35,245 bases of DNA from an uncultured Clostridia bacterium. Its GTDB lineage: Bacteria; Bacillota; Clostridia; TANB77; CAG-465. Location: NCBI GenBank assembly GCA_947628575.1, contig CANRAK010000001.1, forward strand, positions 1 through 35,245, given 5' to 3'. Position 1 is the stretch's first letter; each line of letters starts with the position of its first letter. This document shows positions 25,174-33,597 of the stretch, piece by piece. The notes under the pieces were generated by a model. It had not been told where the DNA came from. It ran no database searches and saw only the letters and a list, made by a program, of their open reading frames with translations. The translations under genes were made by a program, and so were the position numbers.

Positions 25174-26503
25174 ATCCTTTTACTATGTTAGCAAACTTAG
25201 TATATTTTCCAAGCCAAGCAAGTTCAACTGTTCCTGTTTCACCATTTCTATTTTTAGCTATTATAACTTCAGCTACATTTTTCTTTTCAGTTTCTTTATC
25301 ATAATAGTCTTCTCTATGTAAAAACATAACTATGTCTGCGTCTTGCTCTATTGAACCAGATTCACGAAGGTCACTAAGCATTGGCTTGTGGTCTGCTCTT
25401 GACTCAGTAGCACGACTTAACTGTGAAAGTGCAATAACAGGTACATCAAGTTCTTTTGCAAGTATCTTTAATGATCTTGATATTTCACTTATTTCTTGTT
25501 GTCTACTACTGTTATATGATTTTGACTCCATTAACTGTAAATAGTCAATTATAATAAGTCCTATGTTCTTTTCAAGCTTTGCTTTTCTGCACTTTGCTCT
25601 TATTTCAGATGGTGTAAGTGCTGGTGTATCATCAATATATATTGGAACATCAGATAGTCTTCCACTAGTTTCACCAAGTTTTAGCCAGTCTTCTGATTCT
25701 AGATTTGCATTATTCAATTTCATGCTATCTATTTCACTTTCACTACTAAGTATTCTTTTAACTAATTGTTCTTTTGACATTTCAAGGCTAAATATCATAA
25801 CTGGTACTTTATCATGCATTGCTACATATGATGCTATATTAAGAACAAATGCAGATTTTCCCATAGCAGGACGTGCTGCTACAATTATTAAATCCGAGTT
25901 ATTAAGTCCAGATATTTTTTCATCTAAATCAATAAAGCCTGATTCAATACCAGAAAGTTTTGCTTTATTTTGGTACATTTTTTCTATAGAATCAAAAGCA
26001 TCTACAAGTATTTCTTTCATACTTGAAAAGCCTTTACTATTTCTATTTTGAACTAAATCAAAAATACCTTTTTCTGATTGTTCAATAATTGTATCTAATT
26101 CTTCAGTTTGTGAATAGCCAGTTTTAATTATATCATTAGCTACCCTTATTAGGTCTCTAAGTGTAGATTTTTCCTCAACTATTTTTACATAGTTTTCTAT
26201 ATTTGAAGTGGTAGGTACATTATCTATAAGTGTAGCAAGATTTTGAGTTCCACCAACTCTTTCTAGTGTTCCTCTTAATCTTAATTGTTCTGTTAAAGTT
26301 ATCATATCTATTTCTTGGCCGACAGAGTATATATCCATCATTGCCGCATAGATTTCTTTATTATCTTCCCTGTAAAAATCTTCAGGTTTTAAAACTTCTA
26401 CTGCTGTTTGTACTGCATCTTTTGATACTAACATAGAGCCAAGCACTGCTTGTTCTGCTAGTGTATCATTTGGTTGTACTTTATTTACCACTTCATTTTC
26501 CAT
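25142..26503 (-). CDS. dnaB: Replicative DNA helicase (DnaB family; DnaC in Bacillus nomenclature)
   Basis: 453 aa. N-terminal AEQAVLGSML, Walker A ARPAMGKSAFVLN, Walker B IIIDYLQLM, and SRQQEISEISRSLKILAKEL. Follows rplI, as in Firmicutes. Confidence 0.95.
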   Translation of the reverse strand: MENEVVNKVQPNDTLAEQAVLGSMLVSKDAVQTAVEVLKPEDFYREDNKEIYAAMMDIYSVGQEIDMITLTEQLRLRGTLERVGGTQNLATLIDNVPTTSNIENYVKIVEEKSTLRDLIRVANDIIKTGYSQTEELDTIIEQSEKGIFDLVQNRNSKGFSSMKEILVDAFDSIEKMYQNKAKLSGIESGFIDLDEKISGLNNSDLIIVAARPAMGKSAFVLNIASYVAMHDKVPVMIFSLEMSKEQLVKRILSSESEIDSMKLNNANLESEDWLKLGETSGRLSDVPIYIDDTPALTPSEIRAKCRKAKLEKNIGLIIIDYLQLMESKSYNSSRQQEISEISRSLKILAKELDVPVIALSQLSRATESRADHKPMLSDLRESGSIEQDADIVMFLHREDYYDKETEKKNVAEVIIAKNRNGETGTVELAWLGKYTKFANIVKGYDEIEKEYGG

Positions 26504-26512
26504 TTACTACAC

Positions 26513-26959
26513 CTACAATCCTACTACTGTTATTTTTAAATTTGCTACTACTCCTTCATGTAATTTTACATTTACTGTATATGTTCCTAAGTTTTTAATT
26601 GGGTCATTTACAGTTATCTTTTTCTTATTAACATCTATTTTGTATACTTCTTTAATTTTATCCGCTATATCTTTTTCAGTAACACTTCCGTAAAGTCTGC
26701 TACCTTCACCAACTTTATGTCTAAATTCTATACAGCCTTTATCTAGTATTGCTTTATTTGCTTTTGCTGCTTCTAGTTCTGTCTTCTTTTTAAACTTTTG
26801 TGAACTTATCTTTCCTTTAGCCTCATTTATATTTTTGTTATCTGCTATAACAGCTAACTTTTTAGGTAATAGAAAGTTTCTTGCGTATCCTTCACTAACT
26901 TCAACTATTTGTAGTTTTTTTCCTAAGCCTTTAACATCTTGATTTAATACTACTTTCAT
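26513..26959 (-). CDS. rplI: 50S ribosomal protein L9
   Basis: 148 aa. MKVVLNQDVKGLGKKLQIVEVSEGYARNFLLPKKLA is the canonical L9 N-terminus. Confidence 0.95.
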   Translation of the reverse strand: MKVVLNQDVKGLGKKLQIVEVSEGYARNFLLPKKLAVIADNKNINEAKGKISSQKFKKKTELEAAKANKAILDKGCIEFRHKVGEGSRLYGSVTEKDIADKIKEVYKIDVNKKKITVNDPIKNLGTYTVNVKLHEGVVANLKITVVGL

Positions 26960-26971
26960 ATATTGCCTCCT

Positions 26972-28969
26972 TTACTGTGCTAAATAATTTTCTATACTAT
27001 CTAATAATCTGCTTTTAGCTTCATCTAATGTAACTCCTGCTATCTGTGCACCTGCAAAAGTTAAATGTCCGCCTCCGCCTATTTTCTCTAGTATTGTTTG
27101 TACATTTATATCTCCCATTGATCTACCAGATATCATAACTACATCATCTACTTTACATAGTACAAAAGAAGCTTGTATTCCAGATATAGATAATAGCTCA
27201 TCTGCAGCTTGTGCAGCAATGATTGGCATATCTTTATGTGTTGTATGAGATACAGAAATAGCTATTTTATCATGAATAAATTCAGCATTTTTAACTATAT
27301 CTACCTTTGCTACATAAGTGTCAAAATTATTTTGGAATAATAATTTTACTTCTGCAACATCTATACCGAATTTTTTAAGATAAGCTGCTACTTCAAATGT
27401 TCTAACACCAGTTTTAAACATAAAGTTTTTAGTATCTACAACTAGTCCTGCATAAATACATTCTGCTTCATTTGAACTTATATCTATACCATCTGTATAC
27501 ATCAATACTTCTGCTACTAGTTCTGAAGCGGATGAAGCATATATTTCATGATATGTAAGAACTGCATTATCTATAAATTCTGGTCCACGTCTATGGTGAT
27601 CTATTACTACTACTTTTTCAAATTTATCTAGTAGTTCTGGTTCAACTAAATATGATTTTTTATGTGTATCAACAACAACTAACAAAGCATTAGTAAAATC
27701 ATCATTTTTTACATCTGGATAAGTTTTAAATACATCATCATATCCTTCATCATTTTTAATTTTATCTATAACTGCTTGTGTACTAGCATTGCATTTTGCA
27801 TCTATAACAACATTTACTGGTTTATCTAAGTACTTAGCAATTTTGCATATACCAATTGCAGCACCAACACAGTCTATGTCTGAGTTTCTATGCCCTACAA
27901 CATATACTTTTTCAGATTTTTCTATTAACTCACGTATAGCTTGAGCCATAGTTCTTGCTTTAACCTTACTAGTTTTTTCAAGTCCTAAGTTTGAGCCACC
28001 AAAGAAGTCATATTTTTTATCTTTTTTTACTACTGCTTGGTCTCCACCTCTACCTAAAGCTATATCTAAAGCAGAACTACCAGCATTATATCTATCTTCT
28101 AATGTGTCTTCGTTATATGAAACACCTAGAGATACAGTGATTGGTAACTTTGTTATTTTAGTTACATTTCTTACTCTTTCTAAAATATCAAAAGAAGTTT
28201 CCTCCATTTTATCTACATATTTCTTCTCAATAAAAATAGCATATTTATCTTTATCTAATCTTGCTAAAACTCCTTTATTCTCTCTTGCCCAACTTCTAAT
28301 CTCTTTAGTTAGTACAGATGAAACCTCTGCTTTTTGAATTTCATCAAGACCTTGCATTGTTTCATCATAATTATCTACAAATAAAAATCCTATTGCTACT
28401 CTTGTATCTTCTAAGCTTTGTTTTAGTGAACTTTCATAAGTTTTATCTATAAATGATACTAACATACAATCAAAATCTTCAAATTTTATTTGGTTACAAA
28501 TAGCATTATATATATCTCCATTTCCAAGTTCTTCTAAAATACTTGAATTTGGACTTTTTTTCTTTAATGATTCTAATTTTAATGCTGCTTTTTCTATATA
28601 TTCATCTGGTAATAAATGCTCAGCAGTATTATTCTTCCATATAATATTTCCTTGCATCCCAACAATTGCCATAGGAATTTCTATAAGATCTAAAGAATCT
28701 TTAAATATAGAATCTACATTTTTAGATAGTTCATTTAATTTATACTTTTTGTCTCTTAGCTCTTTTACACACATAAAAATTGCTATAATACATAATAATA
28801 ATATTAGTATTATATCTACATATAGTGATAATGGTACTATTATAGATACAAAAGCTGCACATATTATTAATAATGCAATTATAACTATTCTAGATGAAAA
28901 AGATTTAAAAAAGTTTACTCCTTTACCTTTATTTTTGCCCATATAAACAAAATTCCTCTTTTCTAACAT
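26972..28969 (-). CDS. gdpP: Cyclic-di-AMP phosphodiesterase GdpP (two TM, PAS, degenerate GGDEF, DHH/DHHA1)
   Basis: 665 aa. Two N-terminal TM helices, a PAS-like segment IPMAIVGMQGNIIWKN, ALGRGGDQAVVK, the DHH motifs GHRNSDIDCVGA, VVDTH and VIDHHRR, and DHHA1 GGGGH. Conserved gdpP-rplI-dnaB synteny. An alternative start at ATG 28942 is possible. Confidence 0.88.
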   Translation of the reverse strand: MLEKRNFVYMGKNKGKGVNFFKSFSSRIVIIALLIICAAFVSIIVPLSLYVDIILILLLCIIAIFMCVKELRDKKYKLNELSKNVDSIFKDSLDLIEIPMAIVGMQGNIIWKNNTAEHLLPDEYIEKAALKLESLKKKSPNSSILEELGNGDIYNAICNQIKFEDFDCMLVSFIDKTYESSLKQSLEDTRVAIGFLFVDNYDETMQGLDEIQKAEVSSVLTKEIRSWARENKGVLARLDKDKYAIFIEKKYVDKMEETSFDILERVRNVTKITKLPITVSLGVSYNEDTLEDRYNAGSSALDIALGRGGDQAVVKKDKKYDFFGGSNLGLEKTSKVKARTMAQAIRELIEKSEKVYVVGHRNSDIDCVGAAIGICKIAKYLDKPVNVVIDAKCNASTQAVIDKIKNDEGYDDVFKTYPDVKNDDFTNALLVVVDTHKKSYLVEPELLDKFEKVVVIDHHRRGPEFIDNAVLTYHEIYASSASELVAEVLMYTDGIDISSNEAECIYAGLVVDTKNFMFKTGVRTFEVAAYLKKFGIDVAEVKLLFQNNFDTYVAKVDIVKNAEFIHDKIAISVSHTTHKDMPIIAAQAADELLSISGIQASFVLCKVDDVVMISGRSMGDINVQTILEKIGGGGHLTFAGAQIAGVTLDEAKSRLLDSIENYLAQ

Positions 28970-28978
28970 TTTTCCTAT

Positions 28979-29007
28979 ATTTTACTATTTTTATGTAAAA
29001 ATGTCAA
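28979..29007 (-). promoter_or_regulatory. Sigma-A-type promoter for gdpP-rplI-dnaB
   Basis: The minus strand reads TTGACA, 17 nt, TAAAAT, downstream of the spo0A terminator. The -10 ends only 9 nt before the first ATG (28969). Confidence 0.55.
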
Positions 29008-29063
29008 GTAAACATAAAGCTTTTAGACTAGCTTTGAGCTACTATTTTTACTATAATATATAG

Positions 29064-29100
29064 AAAAAGGAAAATATAACACTAAGATTATATTTTCCTT
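29064..29100 (-). terminator. Rho-independent terminator of spo0A
   Basis: A 13-bp stem, aaggaaaatataa (29067-29079) paired with ttatattttcctt (29088-29100), with an 8-nt loop. A U-rich tail follows. Confidence 0.7.
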
Positions 29101-29107
29101 TCATTTT

Positions 29108-29890
29108 TTATACTGTTACTTTTTCAGATAATCTAATTCTATCAGCTATCATAGCGATAAATTCTGAATTAGTTGGTTTACCTTTATTAGAATTAACTGT
29201 ATATCCAAATATTTTCTCGTGCATTTCTATTTGACCACGGTTCCAAGCAACTTCTATAGCATGTCTTATTGCTCTTTCTACTCTAGAAGCAGTTGTATTA
29301 AATTTTTCAGATAAAGTTGGATATAATGTTTTAGTTATTGAATTAATTATCTCCTCATCATTTACAGCAAGTATTATTGCTTCTCTAATGTATTGATAAC
29401 CTTTAATATGTGCTGGAACTCCAACATCATGTATCATTTGAGTAACTCTAACTTCAAGAGGTAGACTTTTATTACCATACGCAACCATATATTCATTTTT
29501 TACTGCGTTAGTTTCTTTTAAAAGTTCTCTAACTCTATCTACTAAAGTTATCATATCAAAAGGTTTTACAACATAATATGTTGCCCCTAATGATATAGCT
29601 TTTTGAGTTACCTTTTCTTGTCCAATAGCTGACATCATTACAATAATTGGTTTTTCAATTCCAATTTCATCTGCTAATTCTTCTAATACTGTTAATCCAT
29701 CTTTTTCTGGCATAACAACATCTAATAACAATACATCTGGATTAGACTGTTTTATAGCATTTACTACATTAGTTCCATCGTGTAATGGCTCTAATGCAAC
29801 CATATCTTTTTGTGAGTTGATATACATATTTAATAAATTTACAAATTCCTTGTTATCATCAACTACCATTATTTTAATTTTATTTTCCAT
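29108..29890 (-). CDS. spo0A: Sporulation master regulator Spo0A
   Basis: Receiver domain ([21 protein letters not shown]) plus the Spo0A-specific C-terminal domain ([16 protein letters not shown]...[18 protein letters not shown]). Start placed at ATG 29890 (MENKIKI...), 9 nt after a GGAG. The track start at 29905 lacks an RBS. Confidence 0.95.
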   Translation of the reverse strand: MENKIKIMVVDDNKEFVNLLNMYINSQKDMVALEPLHDGTNVVNAIKQSNPDVLLLDVVMPEKDGLTVLEELADEIGIEKPIIVMMSAIGQEKVTQKAISLGATYYVVKPFDMITLVDRVRELLKETNAVKNEYMVAYGNKSLPLEVRVTQMIHDVGVPAHIKGYQYIREAIILAVNDEEIINSITKTLYPTLSEKFNTTASRVERAIRHAIEVAWNRGQIEMHEKIFGYTVNSNKGKPTNSEFIAMIADRIRLSEKVTV

Positions 29891-29932
29891 TTTATTTCGC
29901 TCCATTTCCAGTCTATCCTATAAAGCACCAAT

Positions 29933-29961
29933 ATTATACAATTGTTTTATTTGAAAATCAA
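29933..29961 (-). promoter_or_regulatory. Sigma-A-type promoter for spo0A
   Basis: The minus strand reads TTGATT, 17 nt, TATAAT, about 40 nt upstream of ATG 29890. Confidence 0.55.
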
Positions 29962-29991
29962 TAGATTTTACAATTTTTTTAATTCAATTTT

Positions 29992-29998
29992 TGTCGAA
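29992..29998 (+). promoter_or_regulatory. Spo0A-binding 0A box (TGTCGAA) upstream of spo0A
   Basis: Exact match to the 0A-box consensus TGNCGAA. It lies about 30 nt upstream of the predicted spo0A -35. The match is unusual in this nearly G/C-free intergenic region. Confidence 0.5.
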
Positions 29999-30316
29999 TT
30001 CATACTATATTCAAATTATTTTATTTTAATATACAATTTAGATTTTAAATTATATATTTATTTGTCGTTTATAGGAATTTTTAATTTTTCCTTTTGTTAC
30101 TAATTTTGCATTATGATCATTACTTTTTTAATAGTTATACTACAATTTTAATAACATTTATTATAAAATATTGTTTTTAATTTTTAATATATGTATAATT
30201 ATACATTTTCCAAAATTTTCCTGTATTATTTATCTGTTGTAGCACAAATTATTAGTGTAAAGTATTTTTTTGTTTACAAAATACTTTAATACCATAAAAT
30301 TGGAGGTGAATTCAAG

Positions 30317-30532
30317 ATGGCATCAACAAATAGTAAAATGACTAATAAACAAGCTAAAGCTGCTTTAGATAAATTCAAATATGAAGTAGCTAACGAAATC
30401 GGTGTTAACCTAAAACAAGGTTACAATGGTGATTTAACTTCTAAACAAGCTGGTTCTATAGGTGGTGAAATGGTTAAAAGATTAGTTGCTAATGCTGCTA
30501 ACCAAATGCAAGCACAACAACCTAACCAATAA
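30317..30532 (+). CDS. Small acid-soluble spore protein, alpha/beta type
   Basis: 71 aa. KFKYEVANEIGV contains a GPR cleavage-site-like E-V-A-N-E-I. It is followed by the conserved DNA-binding block QAGSIGGEMVKRLV. GGAGGTG RBS. Confidence 0.9.
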   Translation: MASTNSKMTNKQAKAALDKFKYEVANEIGVNLKQGYNGDLTSKQAGSIGGEMVKRLVANAANQMQAQQPNQ

Positions 30533-30554
30533 TATTAGTTTAATCTTAATATTA

Positions 30555-30587
30555 AAAAGTGAGCTTATTTTTCTAGCTCACTTTTTT
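30555..30587 (+). terminator. Rho-independent terminator of the SASP gene
   Basis: Stem gtgagct (30559-30565) paired with agctcac (30575-30581), extendable by A/T pairs. T6 follows. Confidence 0.75.
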
Positions 30588-30632
30588 GTATATATTTTCC
30601 AGTATGAATAATACTATTAAAAAGGTGGTTTT

Positions 30633-31340
30633 ATGATAAATGAAATTATACGAATTATAATATTATCTTTTTCTTCAATACTAGTACTTTTTATACTTAC
30701 AAAAATAATTGGTAGTAGAGAAGTCTCTCAACTTAGTATGTTCGATTATATAAATAGTATAACAATAGGCTCTATTGCTGCAGAGATGGCAACAGATATT
30801 GATGGTGAATTCATATATTCACTTATTGCTATGATCGTATATACTATAACAATAATATTCTTAGCCTATATAACTAATAAAAATCTAACGTTAAGGCGTT
30901 ATATAAATGGTTCTTCACTAATATTATATAATAATGGAACTTTATATAAAGATAATTTCAAAAAATCCAAACTAGATATTAATGAGTTTATTGTATCATG
31001 TAGAAACAAAGGATATTTTAACCTTTCAGATATACATACTGCAATATTAGAGCCAAATGGTAAAATAAGTATTATTCCTACTGTAGACTCAGCACCAATA
31101 AAAGCAAAGGATATGCAAATACAAGCTGATCAAGATGAATTTGTATATAATATCATTATAGACGGTAAAATAATTGAGAAAAATCTTAAATCTACAGGAA
31201 ATAATACGACATGGCTAAACAACAAATTAAAAGAGCAAAAAATATCTAATATTAAAGATATTTATCTTGCTACTTGTGACAAAGATAACAACTTAAGTGT
31301 ATATTTAAAAAAGAGTAAAGTATCAACACCTTATGCCTAA
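30633..31340 (+). CDS. DUF421 (YetF/YdfS/YrbG family) membrane protein
   Basis: 235 aa. N-terminal TM helices with the motif REVSQLSMFDYINSITIGSIAAEMA. The C-terminal soluble domain contains AILEPNGKISIIP, typical of the DUF421 family. AGGTGG RBS. Confidence 0.75.
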   Translation: MINEIIRIIILSFSSILVLFILTKIIGSREVSQLSMFDYINSITIGSIAAEMATDIDGEFIYSLIAMIVYTITIIFLAYITNKNLTLRRYINGSSLILYNNGTLYKDNFKKSKLDINEFIVSCRNKGYFNLSDIHTAILEPNGKISIIPTVDSAPIKAKDMQIQADQDEFVYNIIIDGKIIEKNLKSTGNNTTWLNNKLKEQKISNIKDIYLATCDKDNNLSVYLKKSKVSTPYA

Positions 31341-31377
31341 AAATCCTATAGATTTTCTCTATAGGATTTTATTTTTT
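31339..31377. terminator. Bidirectional terminator between the convergent DUF421 and helD genes
   Basis: A 12-bp perfect stem, aaatcctataga (31341-31352) paired with tctataggattt (31358-31369), with a 5-nt loop. T-rich on the plus side and A-rich on the other. The helD stop codon lies at its edge. Confidence 0.75.
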
Positions 31378-33496
31378 ACTCTAAATATTTAGATATACTT
31401 TCTTCATATACTAGCTCTAATTTGTGTAATGCTCTTGTCATTGCTACATATAACAGTTTCATATCTAATATGCTATTTGGATTGTAATTAGTATTATCTA
31501 CATCAACTACTATTACTACGTCAAATTCTAATCCTTTAGATAGATATGATGTAAGAATACATACACCACCATTATATTCTTCTTGATCTTTATATATAAT
31601 CTCTGCATTAATATTGTTTTCTTTAAACATTTTACTTATCTTTACCATATCATTTTGATTTTTATATATTACTGCGATAGACTTAAAGCCTTCTTTTTGA
31701 TATTCTTTTACTTTATTAACAATATATTCTTCTTTGTTTTTTGTCTTTACTTTTATAACAGGTCCTGCATTACGTATTACAGGATTTGCTCCCTTTAGAC
31801 CAATATTATTAGATATCTTATTTGCTTCATTCATAATCTCAATAGATGTTCTGTAAGATTTTTCCAAATTTAAAAATTCTACATTTTCAAATATATTAAA
31901 TATTTCTTTCCAATCACTTATTGCTTTATATGAATATATACCCTGAGCCATATCTCCAAATATAGAGAAATATGCATTATTTAAGACAAGTCTAAGTACA
32001 TAATAACTAAAAACACCAAAATCTTGTGCTTCATCAAGTACAACACATTTAAATTTTTGGTAATCTTCATTACCAAATAATATATATTTTATATACATTA
32101 GTGGAGCTATATCCTCATTTTCAACCACTTTATTTTTTATTGCATTTAAAGTTTTCTCTTTAAGTACACTAACATTAGCATTATCCGGAATATATTTATC
32201 CACATTTTCCACAAATTTTTTGTATATATCTAGTACTTTAACATTTTTTATGCTAACATACTTTTTTAACTCTTTTTCAAAGCCAGTACTAGTAAGTGCC
32301 TTTAGCATATCCAGTTCTTTTTGCATAAGTTTTCTTTTTTTCTCAATATCTGCCTCTTTATTTTGCATATATGTCATTTGCTCTTTTATACTATCATATA
32401 CTTTTTCATCACTTTTTAGCCTATTAGCTATAACTCTGGCACAAACTTCTAGTCTTTGAGATATTGACGTTCCAGCTGTTTCATTAAATACTTTCATAAT
32501 GTCTTTCTTATCCATTATTTTTACATTATTTATAACTAGTCCAGTATCCGAAATAAGTGCATTTGGATACATTGTTAGATACTTATCTAATAATTCTTTA
32601 TACTTCATACTTGTTTTTAGTCTAATATAATCTACATTATCATTTTTAGCTATAATTTCCGCTAGTTTTTTAGTCGAGTCTTCAAATCTTATTTTCTCGT
32701 TTATATAGTTACTAGCTAAATCTTCAAATGTGTATTGTACTGCATTACTTGCATCTAAATCTGGTAATACATTAGAAATATAGTTAAGGAAAAATTCATT
32801 TGGCCCTATTACCATAAATTGATCTGCTTTTAATTTATTTGCATTATTATACATTAAATATGCTATTCTATGTAATGCTACTGTAGTTTTTCCAGAGCCT
32901 GCTACTCCTTGTATAATAAGGTTTTTCTCAATTTCTTTTCTAATAATATTATTTTGTTCACTTTGTATAGAAGCTACAATATTTTTCAATCTATTATCTG
33001 TATTTGCACCAAGATATGGTTTTAAAAGCTCATCATCTGAAACAGAGTCTACATCAAAGATAGTATCCACTTCTTTATTATTTATTATTATCTGCCTCTT
33101 TAATGACATCTCACCTTTTACCTTACCTTCAGGAGCACTATATTCTACACTACCTAAATTACTATCATAATATAATGTTGAAACTGGTGCTCTCCAATCA
33201 GTAACAACTATATTTCCGTCTAAATCTATTACACCTATTTTCCCAATATAAAGTTTTTGAGCTTCACTTTTACCGTTTTCTTTAAAATCTATTCTAGCAA
33301 AATACGGTTTATCTTTTATTTTAGCAATATTATTAACTTTAGTTGCTGTAGCTGACATTAAATTAGCTAATAGTACAGGATTATTTCCATACTTTTTAGG
33401 GAGATTAACTAGTATCTTTTCTTCTCCTTCTTGAATTTCATCTAGTTGCTTTTCAACTTTCTTAAGTTTTTGTCTTTCATATTCTAAATCGCTCAT
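31376..33496 (-). CDS. helD: HelD-type (helicase IV-like) UvrD superfamily-1 helicase
   Basis: N-terminal coiled coil followed by PYFARIDF...LYIGKIGV...VTDWRAPVSTLYYD, the HelD N-terminal signature. Walker A GVAGSGKTTVALHR, Walker B VLDEAQD, and C-terminal LYVAMTRA. Start set at ATG 33496, with AAGGAGG at 33501-33507. The predicted -10 at 33521-33526 would put the transcription start near the upstream ATG at 33514. Confidence 0.8.
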   Translation of the reverse strand: MSDLEYERQKLKKVEKQLDEIQEGEEKILVNLPKKYGNNPVLLANLMSATATKVNNIAKIKDKPYFARIDFKENGKSEAQKLYIGKIGVIDLDGNIVVTDWRAPVSTLYYDSNLGSVEYSAPEGKVKGEMSLKRQIIINNKEVDTIFDVDSVSDDELLKPYLGANTDNRLKNIVASIQSEQNNIIRKEIEKNLIIQGVAGSGKTTVALHRIAYLMYNNANKLKADQFMVIGPNEFFLNYISNVLPDLDASNAVQYTFEDLASNYINEKIRFEDSTKKLAEIIAKNDNVDYIRLKTSMKYKELLDKYLTMYPNALISDTGLVINNVKIMDKKDIMKVFNETAGTSISQRLEVCARVIANRLKSDEKVYDSIKEQMTYMQNKEADIEKKRKLMQKELDMLKALTSTGFEKELKKYVSIKNVKVLDIYKKFVENVDKYIPDNANVSVLKEKTLNAIKNKVVENEDIAPLMYIKYILFGNEDYQKFKCVVLDEAQDFGVFSYYVLRLVLNNAYFSIFGDMAQGIYSYKAISDWKEIFNIFENVEFLNLEKSYRTSIEIMNEANKISNNIGLKGANPVIRNAGPVIKVKTKNKEEYIVNKVKEYQKEGFKSIAVIYKNQNDMVKISKMFKENNINAEIIYKDQEEYNGGVCILTSYLSKGLEFDVVIVVDVDNTNYNPNSILDMKLLYVAMTRALHKLELVYEESISKYLE

Positions 33497-33520
33497 AATA
33501 CCTCCTTTATACATTTCAAC

Positions 33521-33549
33521 ATTATAACTTATATTTGCCTAAACTGCAA
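33521..33549 (-). promoter_or_regulatory. Sigma-A-type promoter for helD
   Basis: The minus strand reads TTGCAG, 17 nt, TATAAT, immediately after the secY terminator. Confidence 0.5.
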
Positions 33550-33557
33550 ATAACGAC

Positions 33558-33583
33558 AAAAAAGATGATACAAAAGTACCACC
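33558..33583 (-). terminator. Rho-independent terminator directly after secY
   Basis: On the minus transcript, GGUGGUAC-UUUU-GUAUCAUC forms 8 bp including two G-U pairs. U6 follows. Confidence 0.6.
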
Positions 33584-33597
33584 CTTTTTACATACTA

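Noticed and set aside
30063-30069. Second 0A-like word, TGTCGTT
   Set aside because: It mismatches the 3' AA of the TGNCGAA consensus and lies about 100 nt beyond the predicted spo0A -35. It is kept only as a possible weak site.
30171-30199. TTGTTT-17-TATAAT sigma-A-like promoter on the plus strand in the spo0A-ssp intergenic region
   Set aside because: In DNA this AT-rich, such matches arise by chance. SASP genes are normally forespore-sigma dependent, and nothing else supports a vegetative promoter about 120 nt upstream of ssp.
30204-30218. CodY-box-like sequence CATTTTCCAAAATTT
   Set aside because: It has four mismatches to AATTTTCWGAAAATT. Such A/T-rich pseudo-palindromes are expected by chance here.
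30293-30299. CATAAAA as a sigma-G-type -10 for the SASP gene
   Set aside because: It ends only 2 nt before the GGAGG RBS, so the transcript would start inside or after the Shine-Dalgarno sequence. The only alternative I found (GTAAA-18-AATACTT further upstream) is a poor match. The ssp promoter cannot be called by eye.
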